From positions 113,942-177,941 of IMG/VR virus record IMGVR_UViG_3300032516_000004: 64,000 bases of DNA; one strand, written 5' to 3'. A program made the translations under genes and the position numbers. Below are positions 39,114-49,003 of this stretch, piece by piece. The notes below the pieces were generated by a model. The model saw only the letters and a list, made by a program, of their open reading frames with translations, did not search any database and had not been told where the DNA came from. The stretch comes from a virus. Positions within the stretch are counted from its first letter, which is position 1. Every line of letters begins with the position of its first letter.

Positions 39114-39870
39114 TAAACAAAAATGTAACAGTTGTAGATATCTTGAAAAATGTTTTGCGCCTAGTGCGTCCCCACGAAATGTAACTCTCAATATACTTGC
39201 TTGTCGTATAAGAAACTCGATTGACAAAGAAGCTAGTTCAAAGTTATTGTTGGATATGGTTAGACCAGGAATTGTTAGATTAATTGCTAATGCTAGGGAT
39301 AGGGTTGGTAGTGGTTATATAGATGTTGAATCACTACTGCCTGACATAGAGTCACGGGTAATAGAAAGTCTTCTCTCCGATGAGGGGTATAAGCTCGGCG
39401 AACGGAGCTACCTGTCAACGTTTTGGTTTGGAAACGACCCACGAACGGGTTGGATCAAGAAGTGGATACTATGGGGATTTTCTAAGGATCAAAGATTTTA
39501 TAAACGTCATACACTATTTGGTGTGAACCCAAAATCGGATTCAGAAGAAGAAATATCTGAAGCAGACAGATCTGCGATTTGTGATTTCGAAACTAGTCAG
39601 CATGTTGAACCAGATGAATCATGCGCCGATGCCATTAACGCTATTAAAAATATTATTGATGATGGCATTAGTCTTAATACTAATGAATATCGAGTGATAT
39701 CATTTTGCATGGCACACGCTAACGAATCTAATAAAGCTAGATTAATAGATGGTACCCATACATATTTAGCTGAGGTTATGGGTGTGTCCAGGCCAAGAAT
39801 TACACACTTATTTTTTATCTCTAAAGAGAAATTAAAACAAGAGGCTATAAATCGAGGAATACAAATATGA
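39100..39870 (+). CDS. Phage sigma70-like transcription factor
   Basis: Region-2-like helical N-terminal half and C-terminal HTH LAEVMGVSRPRITHL; start moved to ATG 39100. Confidence 0.55.
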   Translation: MSKNNKQKCNSCRYLEKCFAPSASPRNVTLNILACRIRNSIDKEASSKLLLDMVRPGIVRLIANARDRVGSGYIDVESLLPDIESRVIESLLSDEGYKLGERSYLSTFWFGNDPRTGWIKKWILWGFSKDQRFYKRHTLFGVNPKSDSEEEISEADRSAICDFETSQHVEPDESCADAINAIKNIIDDGISLNTNEYRVISFCMAHANESNKARLIDGTHTYLAEVMGVSRPRITHLFFISKEKLKQEAINRGIQI

Positions 39871-39990
39871 TTCATTCATTGCTTTGCCCGCATTGTATCA
39901 TGGTTGCACTGGTGATTGGTATTCCATTGATTTCTAGTATTATACAAAGACTACATTATAGACATAAATGTAAATGTAAAGGAGAAAAAC

Positions 39991-40626
39991 ATGAGAGGGA
40001 GTGCGGTCAACAACACCAAGGTTAATGCTAATCAAAAAATAGTTCCATGTTCTGTATGTAATGAGCCGGTATTAGTTGGAAAATTTGACAAAAAGGATCA
40101 AAAATGTGAAAAGTGTAAGAATATTCCTAAGGGACGAAATACAGCGGTAAGGAAGTTACCATCAAAGCCAGTAGTAAAATTACCATCTAAACCAAGTTCA
40201 TTTGCAGTCGCGCTTGGTGAGCTGGCTGTAAAATTAGGGTTTGAGATTAACGAGAAAAGGTTATGGAAGAAGAAATATGCTATAGATGGTGGGGGTGTTG
40301 CTACCGTACATATTATGATAGATATGGGGCTTTCTGGTCAAGAGCCACGAATTGGGTATTTTAGTTTAACGGTACAGCGGGCTGTTGGTATTAATGATAA
40401 CTTTAGAAAATTTATGCCGCCCGACGCAGCGTCTGATTGTGAACTTTTAGCGTCAGAACTGGGCGGGGTAGAAATACAAAAACCACAAATTGGCCAAGAA
40501 AAGTGTGATCAGTGTGGTATTTTAACTGATCAATTTGGGGTAAAGGGAAATAAAGTTTTGTGTATACGAAAAGGTGGATGTTTCAAAAAAGCATTTACTA
40601 GTGGGGGAGCGGAATCCGTTGAATAA
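39991..40626 (+). CDS. Hypothetical protein with two Zn-ribbon motifs
   Basis: CSVC...CEKC and CDQC; AAGGAG RBS. Confidence 0.55.
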   Translation: MRGSAVNNTKVNANQKIVPCSVCNEPVLVGKFDKKDQKCEKCKNIPKGRNTAVRKLPSKPVVKLPSKPSSFAVALGELAVKLGFEINEKRLWKKKYAIDGGGVATVHIMIDMGLSGQEPRIGYFSLTVQRAVGINDNFRKFMPPDAASDCELLASELGGVEIQKPQIGQEKCDQCGILTDQFGVKGNKVLCIRKGGCFKKAFTSGGAESVE

Positions 40627-40705
40627 ATATACGTTGTAGTGATGTGAATTATAAGTTTGTATTGGAGATCATATGCACTATCAATGCTGTAGATCACTTT
40701 AGAAA

Positions 40706-43700
40706 ATGTCCGTAATATTTACGTCTGGTGAACCACAAATGTGGTTAAAAACTTGCGGGTGTCAAAATCCAGCAATTTATTGGAGCAGTGATTTTAATGC
40801 CAGAATTTGCGGTAATTGTGGTATGGTAATTATGGAAAAGCAGGGCGAAGAAGTCAAAATTGATTTTGTGCACTTGGTTGTTCATACCCACCTAAGTTTT
40901 CTGAAGGCAACATGCAAAATTGAGGATTTAATTAATAAAGCCAAAGAATATGGTATGTCAGCTTTGGCCAAGACAGAATTAGGAAATTTATGTGGCGCAC
41001 CGTCTTTTGTAAAAGAATGTAAAGAAGCTGGTATTAAACCTATTTTAGGTACCACATTTAATACAAAAATTGGTGAAATATTTCATCCTATTACTATTAT
41101 AGCCACTAATCATGCGGGGTATAAGAATTTAGTGCGTCTTAATACGTTAGCATGGCAAATTAGGTTTGGTAAGGAACACGGTCCGTCAATACAAATAAAT
41201 GATATTATTAGTTCAGATGGCTTAATAGCCATTATTGGAGTAGAGCAATCTGGCCTGGGATTCGAATCACTTGTTACCATGTTGGCGGGTAAGATACAGC
41301 CGACATTAGCAGCTACCTGGTACAACCAACAAGATAATGATAATTTAGCAATATTAAGAGTGGTGGCTGATAAGCTACATTTACCAGTTGTTGCCACTAA
41401 TAATGTACGATATGTAAATCAGTCGGATCATGACGCATATAAAATAGCACTTAAAATAGGACACTACGATTATTTACTTCAAGATCCTGAATATTATTTT
41501 AAATCACCTGCTGAGATGGCCCAACTACCATTTGATGAAGAGTGGTATCGAAATACAATTCGCATAGCTGATTCGGTACAAGATTATCAGATCATCAACA
41601 AGGAATTTATTGTACCAACCTTTAAGGATCAGAACGGTGAGTGGGGAATAGAAGAGTCATTTGGAAAATTACAAATAGAAACCTGGAACGGGTTGGCTGC
41701 AAAAGGCTTAATTGATAAGCCAGAGTACATTAAGAGACTCGAGTATGAGCTTGACGTAATTAAGAGAAAGAAATTTGCTAGTTACTTTCTAATCATTGCT
41801 GAGATTGTTGATTATATTAAATCCAGAGGTTGGCTATCTCCTTTTGGCAGGGGATCTTCTTGCGGAAGTATGATTTGTTATTGTCTTGATATTATAGCCA
41901 TAGACCCTATTAAGTGGAGCATACCATTTGAACGATTTATTAATGAAGGTCGTATTGATTTACCAGACATTGATACCGATATCACACAAGAAGGTCGCGG
42001 CGACGTATTAAAACATATTGCTGAAGTACATGGACATGATCGTGTGGCACAGATCGCTACTTTTCAGACCATGGGTCTTAAGGCATCGATTGATAATGTA
42101 GGTAGAGCATTAGATGTTGCGTTTGTACAAAATAGAGAGCTACGCAATAAAATTCCTGAAGAGGTCGAAGAAATTGATGATCTATCAGACGATGTGAAGA
42201 AGGAACTCAATACAGTTAAGGGGTGGGCTGACAACGCTAAGTCTCTGTCTGGTATAACGAAGAATTTTGGTGTACACGCTGCTGGTATCGCAATCGCCAA
42301 TAATCCAATAGGTGATTTGGTGCCACTATTGCCTGAGATTGATGGTGTTCAGGGTGTTCAATATGATATGAAAGACCTAGAAATACTTGGTCTATTAAAA
42401 CTTGATATGTTAGGTTTGCGAAATCTTGATGTTATTCAAAATACCTTAGCCATAATTAAACAGGTTCATAATGTAGACATTGATGTTCATAATCTTCCGT
42501 TAGATGATAATCAAACATATGATATGATATCTACTGGAGATTATGTTTCAGTATTCCAGCTTGATTCGCCGGGTTACAGGAAATTAGCTCGTCAACTTAA
42601 ACCAGATAAATACGAACACATCATGGCCTTGAATGCCCTGTTCCGTCCAGGGCCACTTGGTGGTGGTATGACAGATGAATATGTTGAGAGAAGACATGGA
42701 CGTAAACCTTCTGAGAGCATGCATCCATGGTTAGATGAAGATTTATCAACAACTTATCAGCTTATTGTATTCCAGGAGCAACTGTTGGCTTTAGCAAAGA
42801 AAATTGCTGGTTTTAATGGTGTTGAAGCAGATAAATTTAGACATGCCGTAGGTAAAAAGTCACAGGTAGAATTTGATAGGGCCATGTCTAAATTTAAAGA
42901 CGGCGCTTTGAATAGAGAAGGTCTAATCCCTCCACCTGGATGTGGTAAATCTCTTGAGGCTTGGGTGGATGATCTTATAAAGAAAATATCCGGTCATGCA
43001 CGTTACAGTTGGAACCGAGGGCACTGCCTGGATGGAAGCTCGTTAGTGTTAACATGTGGTCGTGGGTTGGTTCCAATTAAATATATAAATATCGGAGAAG
43101 AGGTTTGGTCAATTAGAGAGAAGACTGGAGATATTTTTAGAAATAGAGTTATGAATGTTATTAACAATGGTAGGCGCGATACTGTGCGTGTTAGATCCAG
43201 CGATGGTAGAGAGCTTGTGACCACATCTAATCATAGGTATTTTACCTCCAAACAACAGTATAAACACGCGTCTGAGCTGAACTATACTGATAGCCTGAAG
43301 ATGCTTGATAAGGGGATTTTTAGAAGACATTTCAACATCTTTGTGACATCTATTACAAACCGTAACAAGGTTCCATTCGTCGTCAGCCTTTACAATTTCA
43401 TATGGTATAATGTGGTGAAGGCTAAGTCTTTTTTTGGTTCCACAAAAGACGCACATACACCAATCTCGTTCAAGAAGTTTATATCTAAGAGATCTGCTAA
43501 TTTTCCTAGTTTTTCGTATTTTAATACCAGATCGTCCATCTCTGAAGAACTTATAAATACTTCTGGGATTAATAAAGATCTTTCTTTCAGCCAGTCTCCT
43601 AGAGATTGCAATTTGGCTTTTGTACCCCATACTTCTTATTTCAAGGATTGCCTTTCTTACTTTTGGCGTAATTGCATAAACGCGGTTACCACTCAGACCA

Positions 43701-45325
43701 CACTCTTTGATAAATCTGGAGAGGGCAGCGGGGCTAGCTTTAAATGGAAGTTCCTCAAGTATATTCTTGCTGCCAAATCCCTGTGCGTGCAGCTTCCTAA
43801 TCAACTTTTCATGTTTATAATAGGGGTTCCGTTTTCTATTGCATATGATGCAGAGGCTATTGTTTTTGGCCGTTCTGTGAACCGTAATCTTTTTACGGCA
43901 GTCACCGCATCTGATACTCTTTGTATTCTTGGACCTGTTAAGACATCTGGGGCAATGATAGATAGGGATATTATTAGGAGTGACGAAGATATTGGAACAT
44001 TTAACACAGACTACTTCAATCTCTTTCATATAAAACCTCTGGAACAAAAGGATATTACCGACGTTACTTTTAATTCTATCACACCAGAATCAAATCGTGA
44101 AGTCTGGGATCTTACCATGGAACAAGACCCAAACTTTATAGCTAATGGTTTTGTAGTTCATAATTCAGCGGGTTACGGAATGATTACGTATGTTACTGCA
44201 TATCTTGAGACCCACTATCCGGCTGAGTATTATACTACTCTTTTAGATTCAACTGATAAAGCTGACAAGATCACTACATTAATGCGTGGTATTATGCATA
44301 AAAATTATGCGGTAGTTCCACCCGATGTAAATGAGTCTGGTGTAGGGTATGCCACTAACAATAATGTTATTTACATGGGGCTTGGTTCGGTAAGAAATGT
44401 TGGCAATTCAGCGGGTGAGATTGTTGAAGAACGTGATCGAAATGGTAAGTTTGGGTCATTTATTGAGTTTTGTCAACGTTTGTCGTCTGTTAATAAAACA
44501 GCAAAAATAAATTTGATAAAAGCCGGTGCATTTAAGTGGGATAAATCACTATGTGATCGAGATAAAGCCGATAATATTGACGTTATTAATAAGGCCGTTA
44601 GACGTAAGAACAAAAAATTTGATGGCACTAAAGTAGCGCCCATTGAGATAGCCACTGAATGTTACATTACGGGTATCGATTTCACCGATATTCAACGGCA
44701 GCAGAATGAACGAGAAGTACTAAATTCATTTATTACTGGTCATCCAGCGGCAGTTTATCAACGTCTTGCCCCGTATTTGGAAAGAGCAGACTCTCATGTT
44801 GTGTGCCCGTCCATGATTAAGGACTGTCAAGTTGGAGAAACGGTATTGTTGGTTGGCATGGTTGACACAATAAATAAGAAATTCATTACTAAAGAAGGAA
44901 GGAATCAGGGTAATCCTTATTTAGTGGTACATATTAGTGATGAACGCGATTCAACAATGACTAATATATGGTATCCAATGTGTAATGATATGGAAAAAAT
45001 ATTAGTACCTGGACAAGTTGGTATGTTTGAGTGTATAACTAGGGCAGATAAATTTAGAGAAGGTAGAATATCGTTGTCAGTTAAACATGCTGTTATGTTA
45101 ACTCATGGTTTACCAATACAAGGAATTTTTGTAAATAACGGTCATGCTCCAGAGGCCGTGTTAGCTAAAATAGGTGGCATGCTAAATCAGATTATCGATG
45201 TTGGTAATAAAAAATATGCCTCTATACGAGGTAGAATAACTGTAAATCCAGATGTTCTTGAAAATGCAGCTCACGAATTTGATGGTGTTAAATTTTTAAT
45301 CTGTATGGAGGCGTCAGATGGCTAA
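40706..45325 (+). CDS. dnaE: DNA polymerase III alpha subunit (family C) precursor containing an intein
   Basis: PHP domain, GRGSSCGS, PDIDTD, HAAG, KLDMLGLRNL, ALFRPGP, OB fold; 1539 aa minus 380 aa of intein = 1159 aa, a typical DnaE length. Confidence 0.95.
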   Translation: MSVIFTSGEPQMWLKTCGCQNPAIYWSSDFNARICGNCGMVIMEKQGEEVKIDFVHLVVHTHLSFLKATCKIEDLINKAKEYGMSALAKTELGNLCGAPSFVKECKEAGIKPILGTTFNTKIGEIFHPITIIATNHAGYKNLVRLNTLAWQIRFGKEHGPSIQINDIISSDGLIAIIGVEQSGLGFESLVTMLAGKIQPTLAATWYNQQDNDNLAILRVVADKLHLPVVATNNVRYVNQSDHDAYKIALKIGHYDYLLQDPEYYFKSPAEMAQLPFDEEWYRNTIRIADSVQDYQIINKEFIVPTFKDQNGEWGIEESFGKLQIETWNGLAAKGLIDKPEYIKRLEYELDVIKRKKFASYFLIIAEIVDYIKSRGWLSPFGRGSSCGSMICYCLDIIAIDPIKWSIPFERFINEGRIDLPDIDTDITQEGRGDVLKHIAEVHGHDRVAQIATFQTMGLKASIDNVGRALDVAFVQNRELRNKIPEEVEEIDDLSDDVKKELNTVKGWADNAKSLSGITKNFGVHAAGIAIANNPIGDLVPLLPEIDGVQGVQYDMKDLEILGLLKLDMLGLRNLDVIQNTLAIIKQVHNVDIDVHNLPLDDNQTYDMISTGDYVSVFQLDSPGYRKLARQLKPDKYEHIMALNALFRPGPLGGGMTDEYVERRHGRKPSESMHPWLDEDLSTTYQLIVFQEQLLALAKKIAGFNGVEADKFRHAVGKKSQVEFDRAMSKFKDGALNREGLIPPPGCGKSLEAWVDDLIKKISGHARYSWNRGHCLDGSSLVLTCGRGLVPIKYINIGEEVWSIREKTGDIFRNRVMNVINNGRRDTVRVRSSDGRELVTTSNHRYFTSKQQYKHASELNYTDSLKMLDKGIFRRHFNIFVTSITNRNKVPFVVSLYNFIWYNVVKAKSFFGSTKDAHTPISFKKFISKRSANFPSFSYFNTRSSISEELINTSGINKDLSFSQSPRDCNLAFVPHTSYFKDCLSYFWRNCINAVTTQTTLFDKSGEGSGASFKWKFLKYILAAKSLCVQLPNQLFMFIIGVPFSIAYDAEAIVFGRSVNRNLFTAVTASDTLCILGPVKTSGAMIDRDIIRSDEDIGTFNTDYFNLFHIKPLEQKDITDVTFNSITPESNREVWDLTMEQDPNFIANGFVVHNSAGYGMITYVTAYLETHYPAEYYTTLLDSTDKADKITTLMRGIMHKNYAVVPPDVNESGVGYATNNNVIYMGLGSVRNVGNSAGEIVEERDRNGKFGSFIEFCQRLSSVNKTAKINLIKAGAFKWDKSLCDRDKADNIDVINKAVRRKNKKFDGTKVAPIEIATECYITGIDFTDIQRQQNEREVLNSFITGHPAAVYQRLAPYLERADSHVVCPSMIKDCQVGETVLLVGMVDTINKKFITKEGRNQGNPYLVVHISDERDSTMTNIWYPMCNDMEKILVPGQVGMFECITRADKFREGRISLSVKHAVMLTHGLPIQGIFVNNGHAPEAVLAKIGGMLNQIIDVGNKKYASIRGRITVNPDVLENAAHEFDGVKFLICMEASDG
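43109..44029 (-). CDS. HNH endonuclease encoded antisense inside the DnaE intein
   Basis: CxxC ribbons, HTH-like middle, RYKLLERDWCMCVFCG...LSLHHIIP...NLVTVCNRCH; RBS GAGGT 5 nt before ATG 44029. Confidence 0.85.
   Translation of the reverse strand: MKEIEVVCVKCSNIFVTPNNIPIYHCPRCLNRSKNTKSIRCGDCRKKITVHRTAKNNSLCIICNRKRNPYYKHEKLIRKLHAQGFGSKNILEELPFKASPAALSRFIKECGLSGNRVYAITPKVRKAILEIRSMGYKSQIAISRRLAERKIFINPRSIYKFFRDGRSGIKIRKTRKISRSLRYKLLERDWCMCVFCGTKKRLSLHHIIPYEIVKADDEWNLVTVCNRCHKDVEMSSKNPLIKHLQAISIVQLRRVFILLFGGKIPMIRCGHKLSTIAGSNTHSIAPTIVNNIHNSISKNISSLLSN
44073..44101 (-). promoter_or_regulatory. Candidate promoter for the antisense HNH gene
   Basis: Minus strand TTCACG-N17-TAGAAT with extended -10 TG (TGATAGAAT), about 45 nt upstream of the ATG. 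Confidence 0.4.
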
Positions 45326-45575
45326 AATATCTGATGCTGATGTTATTACTACGGTACAACAATTGCGTCGTATGATTACCATATTTGATTCGTTTGGGTG
45401 TCCCATTAAAACATTTATGGAAGACGATGAATTAGTTAGGGTTGTTCCTGATGATTTACCCAATAAAATAATTAACGTAAGTCGTACCATACACCATATG
45501 TTGGTTGAGTTTGAAAAACATCCAAGATATAAAATGGCGGTTAAGACCATGCTCGAATTAAAAGGAAGAGGATAG
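45318..45575 (+). CDS. Hypothetical protein
   Basis: 85 aa; GGAGG RBS. Confidence 0.55.
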   Translation: MAKISDADVITTVQQLRRMITIFDSFGCPIKTFMEDDELVRVVPDDLPNKIINVSRTIHHMLVEFEKHPRYKMAVKTMLELKGRG

Positions 45576-45624
45576 CGATTTTGAAAATATTGCCAAATCA
45601 AAATCATTATGATATTCTTTAGGA

Positions 45625-46425
45625 ATGATTAAATGTAATAGATGTGGTATTATGAAATTACGACGCGAACTTGTAAATAGCAAACAGCGATCAAAGGGTT
45701 ATAGACCCTTATGTAAACAATGTTATAATAAACATAGACGATTAGTTTGGCGACGATATGCTGGTTTGGTTAGGAAAGCTATTTTGAAGTATTTACAAAA
45801 ACACCCGTGTGTTGATTGTGGTGAGACTAATCCAATTGCCTTAGAATTTCATCATTTGAAGAATAAAAAATATAATATAGCTCCATTAATTGGTAAAGGA
45901 TGTAAACTTTCACGTATTATGAGTGAAATTGCTAAGTGTGATGTAGTTTGTGCTAACTGTCACAAGAAAAGAACTGCCAAACAACAAAATTGGTATAATA
46001 TGAAAACTAAGAAGTGCTGTAATTGTAAAGAAATTAAATCAGTAAAGCTATTTAATAAGCGTGGTACGGGTTATAATTCTTGGTGTAAAAAATGTTGTAA
46101 TAAATATCATAAAAAATATTATAGTAATACACGAGCAATACACTATGAGATAACTACAAGACGTAGAATAGTGTTAAGACAAAAGTTATTAGAATATCTT
46201 AAAGAACACCCGTGTGTTGATTGTGGTGAGAGTAACCCAATAACTTTAGAGTTTCATCATCTGAAGAATAAAAAATATAATATAGCTAATATTATTAAAT
46301 ATGTGTCCTCTTGGGACACTGTTTTAAAGGAAATTGCTAAGTGTGATATAGTTTGTTCTAATTGCCATAAGAAAAGAACCGCTAAACAACAAAATTGGTA
46401 CAGTAAATCCAGAAAGGTTGGATAA
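45625..46425 (+). CDS. Tandem double-HNH endonuclease
   Basis: Two near-identical HPCVDCGE.NPI.LEFHHL...KCD.VC.NCHKKRTAKQQNWY units, 405 nt apart. Confidence 0.85.
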   Translation: MIKCNRCGIMKLRRELVNSKQRSKGYRPLCKQCYNKHRRLVWRRYAGLVRKAILKYLQKHPCVDCGETNPIALEFHHLKNKKYNIAPLIGKGCKLSRIMSEIAKCDVVCANCHKKRTAKQQNWYNMKTKKCCNCKEIKSVKLFNKRGTGYNSWCKKCCNKYHKKYYSNTRAIHYEITTRRRIVLRQKLLEYLKEHPCVDCGESNPITLEFHHLKNKKYNIANIIKYVSSWDTVLKEIAKCDIVCSNCHKKRTAKQQNWYSKSRKVG

Positions 46426-46681
46426 TATGTGTGCGGAAACAATTGTTGGTGATCTAATTACCGCAGCGGGTCGTAGTATTAAATTTGGTAAAGACACCGG
46501 CATTCCGTGTCCAGATTGTGGTAAGGGTGAAAAGCCAAATATGCTTCATGTTAGGTCTATTATAGATAACACAGCCTCGTTAGAATGTCCAGCCTGCGGA
46601 TGTGTTATGAATAGGCCAAAGGAAGAAATTGAAGAAGTGCGTGACATGAAGGGTCGTTTAGTCAAAGTTCCCAAGACATGA
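46418..46681 (+). CDS. Zn-ribbon protein
   Basis: CPDC...CPAC. Confidence 0.5.
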   Translation: MDNMCAETIVGDLITAAGRSIKFGKDTGIPCPDCGKGEKPNMLHVRSIIDNTASLECPACGCVMNRPKEEIEEVRDMKGRLVKVPKT

Positions 46682-47340
46682 TCCCAAGCTATCTAAAACA
46701 AGACATACTGTGTCTAGACACCGAAACTAGTGTTTTAGGTGATCACGTGTGTGAAATTGGTTTTACATTATTTAGAAATACTGAACAGGTGTCGTCTTGG
46801 AATTCATTTGTTAAGCCTGGAATACCAATTAATCCCGAAGCAACTAAAATACACAATATTAAAAATGAAGATGTAGAAAATTCCCCATCATTCAATGATT
46901 TATCGTGGTTTATTTATAACAATATGAACGCCGCTGATTTTTGGTGTATGTACAATGCCGACTATGATATTGGTGTATTGAAAAAAGAATTCGAAAGACT
47001 CGGAATGAAGTTGCCGCCTAAGTATGTGATTGACCCGTTTATTTTGTTTAAAAGGTGGCATAAGTTCAATAAAGGCAAAAAATTAGTCAACGCTGCTGAA
47101 ACATGTGGTATACCTTATGTTGGCGCACATAGAGCTGGAAATGATGCGGCTGTAACTGGTCGTGTTCTATTTAAAATTGCTGCCACTAGGACTGATTTTC
47201 CAAAGACAATTGTTGATTACGTGAAGAAGCAACGTAAATGGTGCGAAGAACAATTTGAGGATTTGCAGGCTTATTTTGTTAAAGTTGGTAGGGGACCAAT
47301 TGATAAACCCAATTATGCTTTCTATGAGGGAATTTATTGA
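46678..47340 (+). CDS. DEDDh 3'-5' exonuclease (DnaQ/epsilon-like)
   Basis: LDTET, YNADYD, HRAGNDA. Confidence 0.9.
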   Translation: MIPSYLKQDILCLDTETSVLGDHVCEIGFTLFRNTEQVSSWNSFVKPGIPINPEATKIHNIKNEDVENSPSFNDLSWFIYNNMNAADFWCMYNADYDIGVLKKEFERLGMKLPPKYVIDPFILFKRWHKFNKGKKLVNAAETCGIPYVGAHRAGNDAAVTGRVLFKIAATRTDFPKTIVDYVKKQRKWCEEQFEDLQAYFVKVGRGPIDKPNYAFYEGIY

Positions 47341-47352
47341 GGAGGATTTACA

Positions 47353-47655
47353 ATGATTGTTGATGCCGTGGTAAGAAAAGTAAACATAGACAGTAAAAAT
47401 CAAAGATTAGATGTGTTGTCCCCCAAATACCCCAATGGACAACCACTATCATATTTATCCATTAATAATGAAGGTCGCGACATAAAATTTATCACTGGGT
47501 GGGATGACGTTAAGGACAAAAAGAAACCATTTAAAATTAATGGTGGCACAATTCAAGATGGATTAGTTGGTAATTCCACGCTTATTAGAGGCATGATTAT
47601 TGAAACTGCTAGTGATAGTGTGATCTATATTGTAATGGATCCATCTTTACTATAA
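47353..47655 (+). CDS. Hypothetical protein
   Basis: 100 aa; GAGGAGG RBS. Confidence 0.55.
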   Translation: MIVDAVVRKVNIDSKNQRLDVLSPKYPNGQPLSYLSINNEGRDIKFITGWDDVKDKKKPFKINGGTIQDGLVGNSTLIRGMIIETASDSVIYIVMDPSLL

Positions 47656-47924
47656 TGTGCGATCATAAGAAATTACATTTTGGATGTAACGACTGTCGAT
47701 CCTCTGTCAAATTTTTTGATGGAGAAATCGATATACACATTAATTATATAAGAGGTATACGTGATAAACTGAGTGTATTTATAGAAAATAATAAATTGGG
47801 TGGGAAAACAGTCAATGTAATAGATGAATGTATTGACGAGCTTGATTCAGCAATAAAATTGATAGAGCGTGAAACAAAAGCATTACAACAAAATATACAT
47901 GGTTTTTCCAGTACAGTAAAATAA
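47655..47924 (+). CDS. Hypothetical protein
   Basis: 89-aa coupled ORF. Confidence 0.45.
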   Translation: MCDHKKLHFGCNDCRSSVKFFDGEIDIHINYIRGIRDKLSVFIENNKLGGKTVNVIDECIDELDSAIKLIERETKALQQNIHGFSSTVK

Positions 47925-49003
47925 TGTTAGATTTTTTAGCCTTCAGTGACATACATCATGACGTTTATACTAATGGGATAACATTAGATGACACTATTTC
48001 TATAGAAGATCAAATCACCACATATGCTCTTGAGCATAGAATCAAACACGTAATATTTGATGGGGATCAATTTAGAGCCACCAATCCAACGCAGCAGGTT
48101 ATTAAGGCGGCTGAGGCTTCATGGAAACGCAGATCAGATGCTGGCATTACCACATACGCAGTAATAGGAAACCATGATTGGTGGTTCAAATCGTCGGTTG
48201 GTGGACATGCCTTTGCGTCAGTCGGCATATTTACATCCGATTTGAAAAATGTGCGAGTAATAGATAATTATTCTATTCGGGATATTGATGGTGTTTGGTT
48301 TACATTTATTCCAGCAGGTCATTCACTAGACCGCCCACACCAAAAAGGCACAATAGTTGTGTTTCATGGGATGGTGGCTGGTTCCACATTGGAAAATGGT
48401 GGTACCGCTCGGGGCATGTCGATTGAGAGCCTTCGTAATTTAGAAGGCATTCTTTATATTGGTGGTGACAATCATACACCGCAACAATTAAAAGGTATAA
48501 ATGGCGTATATTTAGGGGCACCAATCCAGCACACATGGGGGGCAAGAGGTCAGGATCGTGGATTTTGGCGTTTTCAGATAGATCAGACGATAAATACCAT
48601 ATTTGTTCCAACTATATCTCCTAGGTTTATCAGGATCAAGATTCAAGCATCAAATGACATAGAAACATTGTGCAGGATTACAGAAGTGATATCTAAAGAT
48701 GCTGGTAATAATCCAATAATTGTTGACGTGACACTTATTGGTAAAGATGCTGGAAATATAAATACTAAATTTATTCATGACAGTATGTCTTCTATATTTA
48801 AGACTAGACAGATTCGTATTTCTATTGATCGAACGTTTGAAAAAATAGAGATTGCACCAAACATTCAACAATTGTCTACACCAGAGGATAAATGGAATGC
48901 ATACGTGGCTTCTGGTGTTGGCCCAAATATGGATGGGTTACAACCGAAAATGCTGTCAGACATCGGGGTCTGGGCAATTCAGGAAGCAAGGAAAACACTA
49001 TGA
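47924..49003 (+). CDS. SbcD/Mre11-like recombination nuclease
   Basis: SDIH, GDQF, GNHD, GDNH.PQ; paired with the SbcC-like ATPase. Confidence 0.85.
   Translation: MLDFLAFSDIHHDVYTNGITLDDTISIEDQITTYALEHRIKHVIFDGDQFRATNPTQQVIKAAEASWKRRSDAGITTYAVIGNHDWWFKSSVGGHAFASVGIFTSDLKNVRVIDNYSIRDIDGVWFTFIPAGHSLDRPHQKGTIVVFHGMVAGSTLENGGTARGMSIESLRNLEGILYIGGDNHTPQQLKGINGVYLGAPIQHTWGARGQDRGFWRFQIDQTINTIFVPTISPRFIRIKIQASNDIETLCRITEVISKDAGNNPIIVDVTLIGKDAGNINTKFIHDSMSSIFKTRQIRISIDRTFEKIEIAPNIQQLSTPEDKWNAYVASGVGPNMDGLQPKMLSDIGVWAIQEARKTL

Larger units (their letters stand above)
43025..44164 (+). mobile_element. Intein (380 aa) inserted at WNRGH|SAGY of DnaE
   Basis: Starts CLDGSSLVLT (block A), TTSNH (block B), VWDLTME (block F), ends FVVHN followed by Ser; the site corresponds to the conserved FNKSH|S/A of DnaE. 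Confidence 0.93.
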
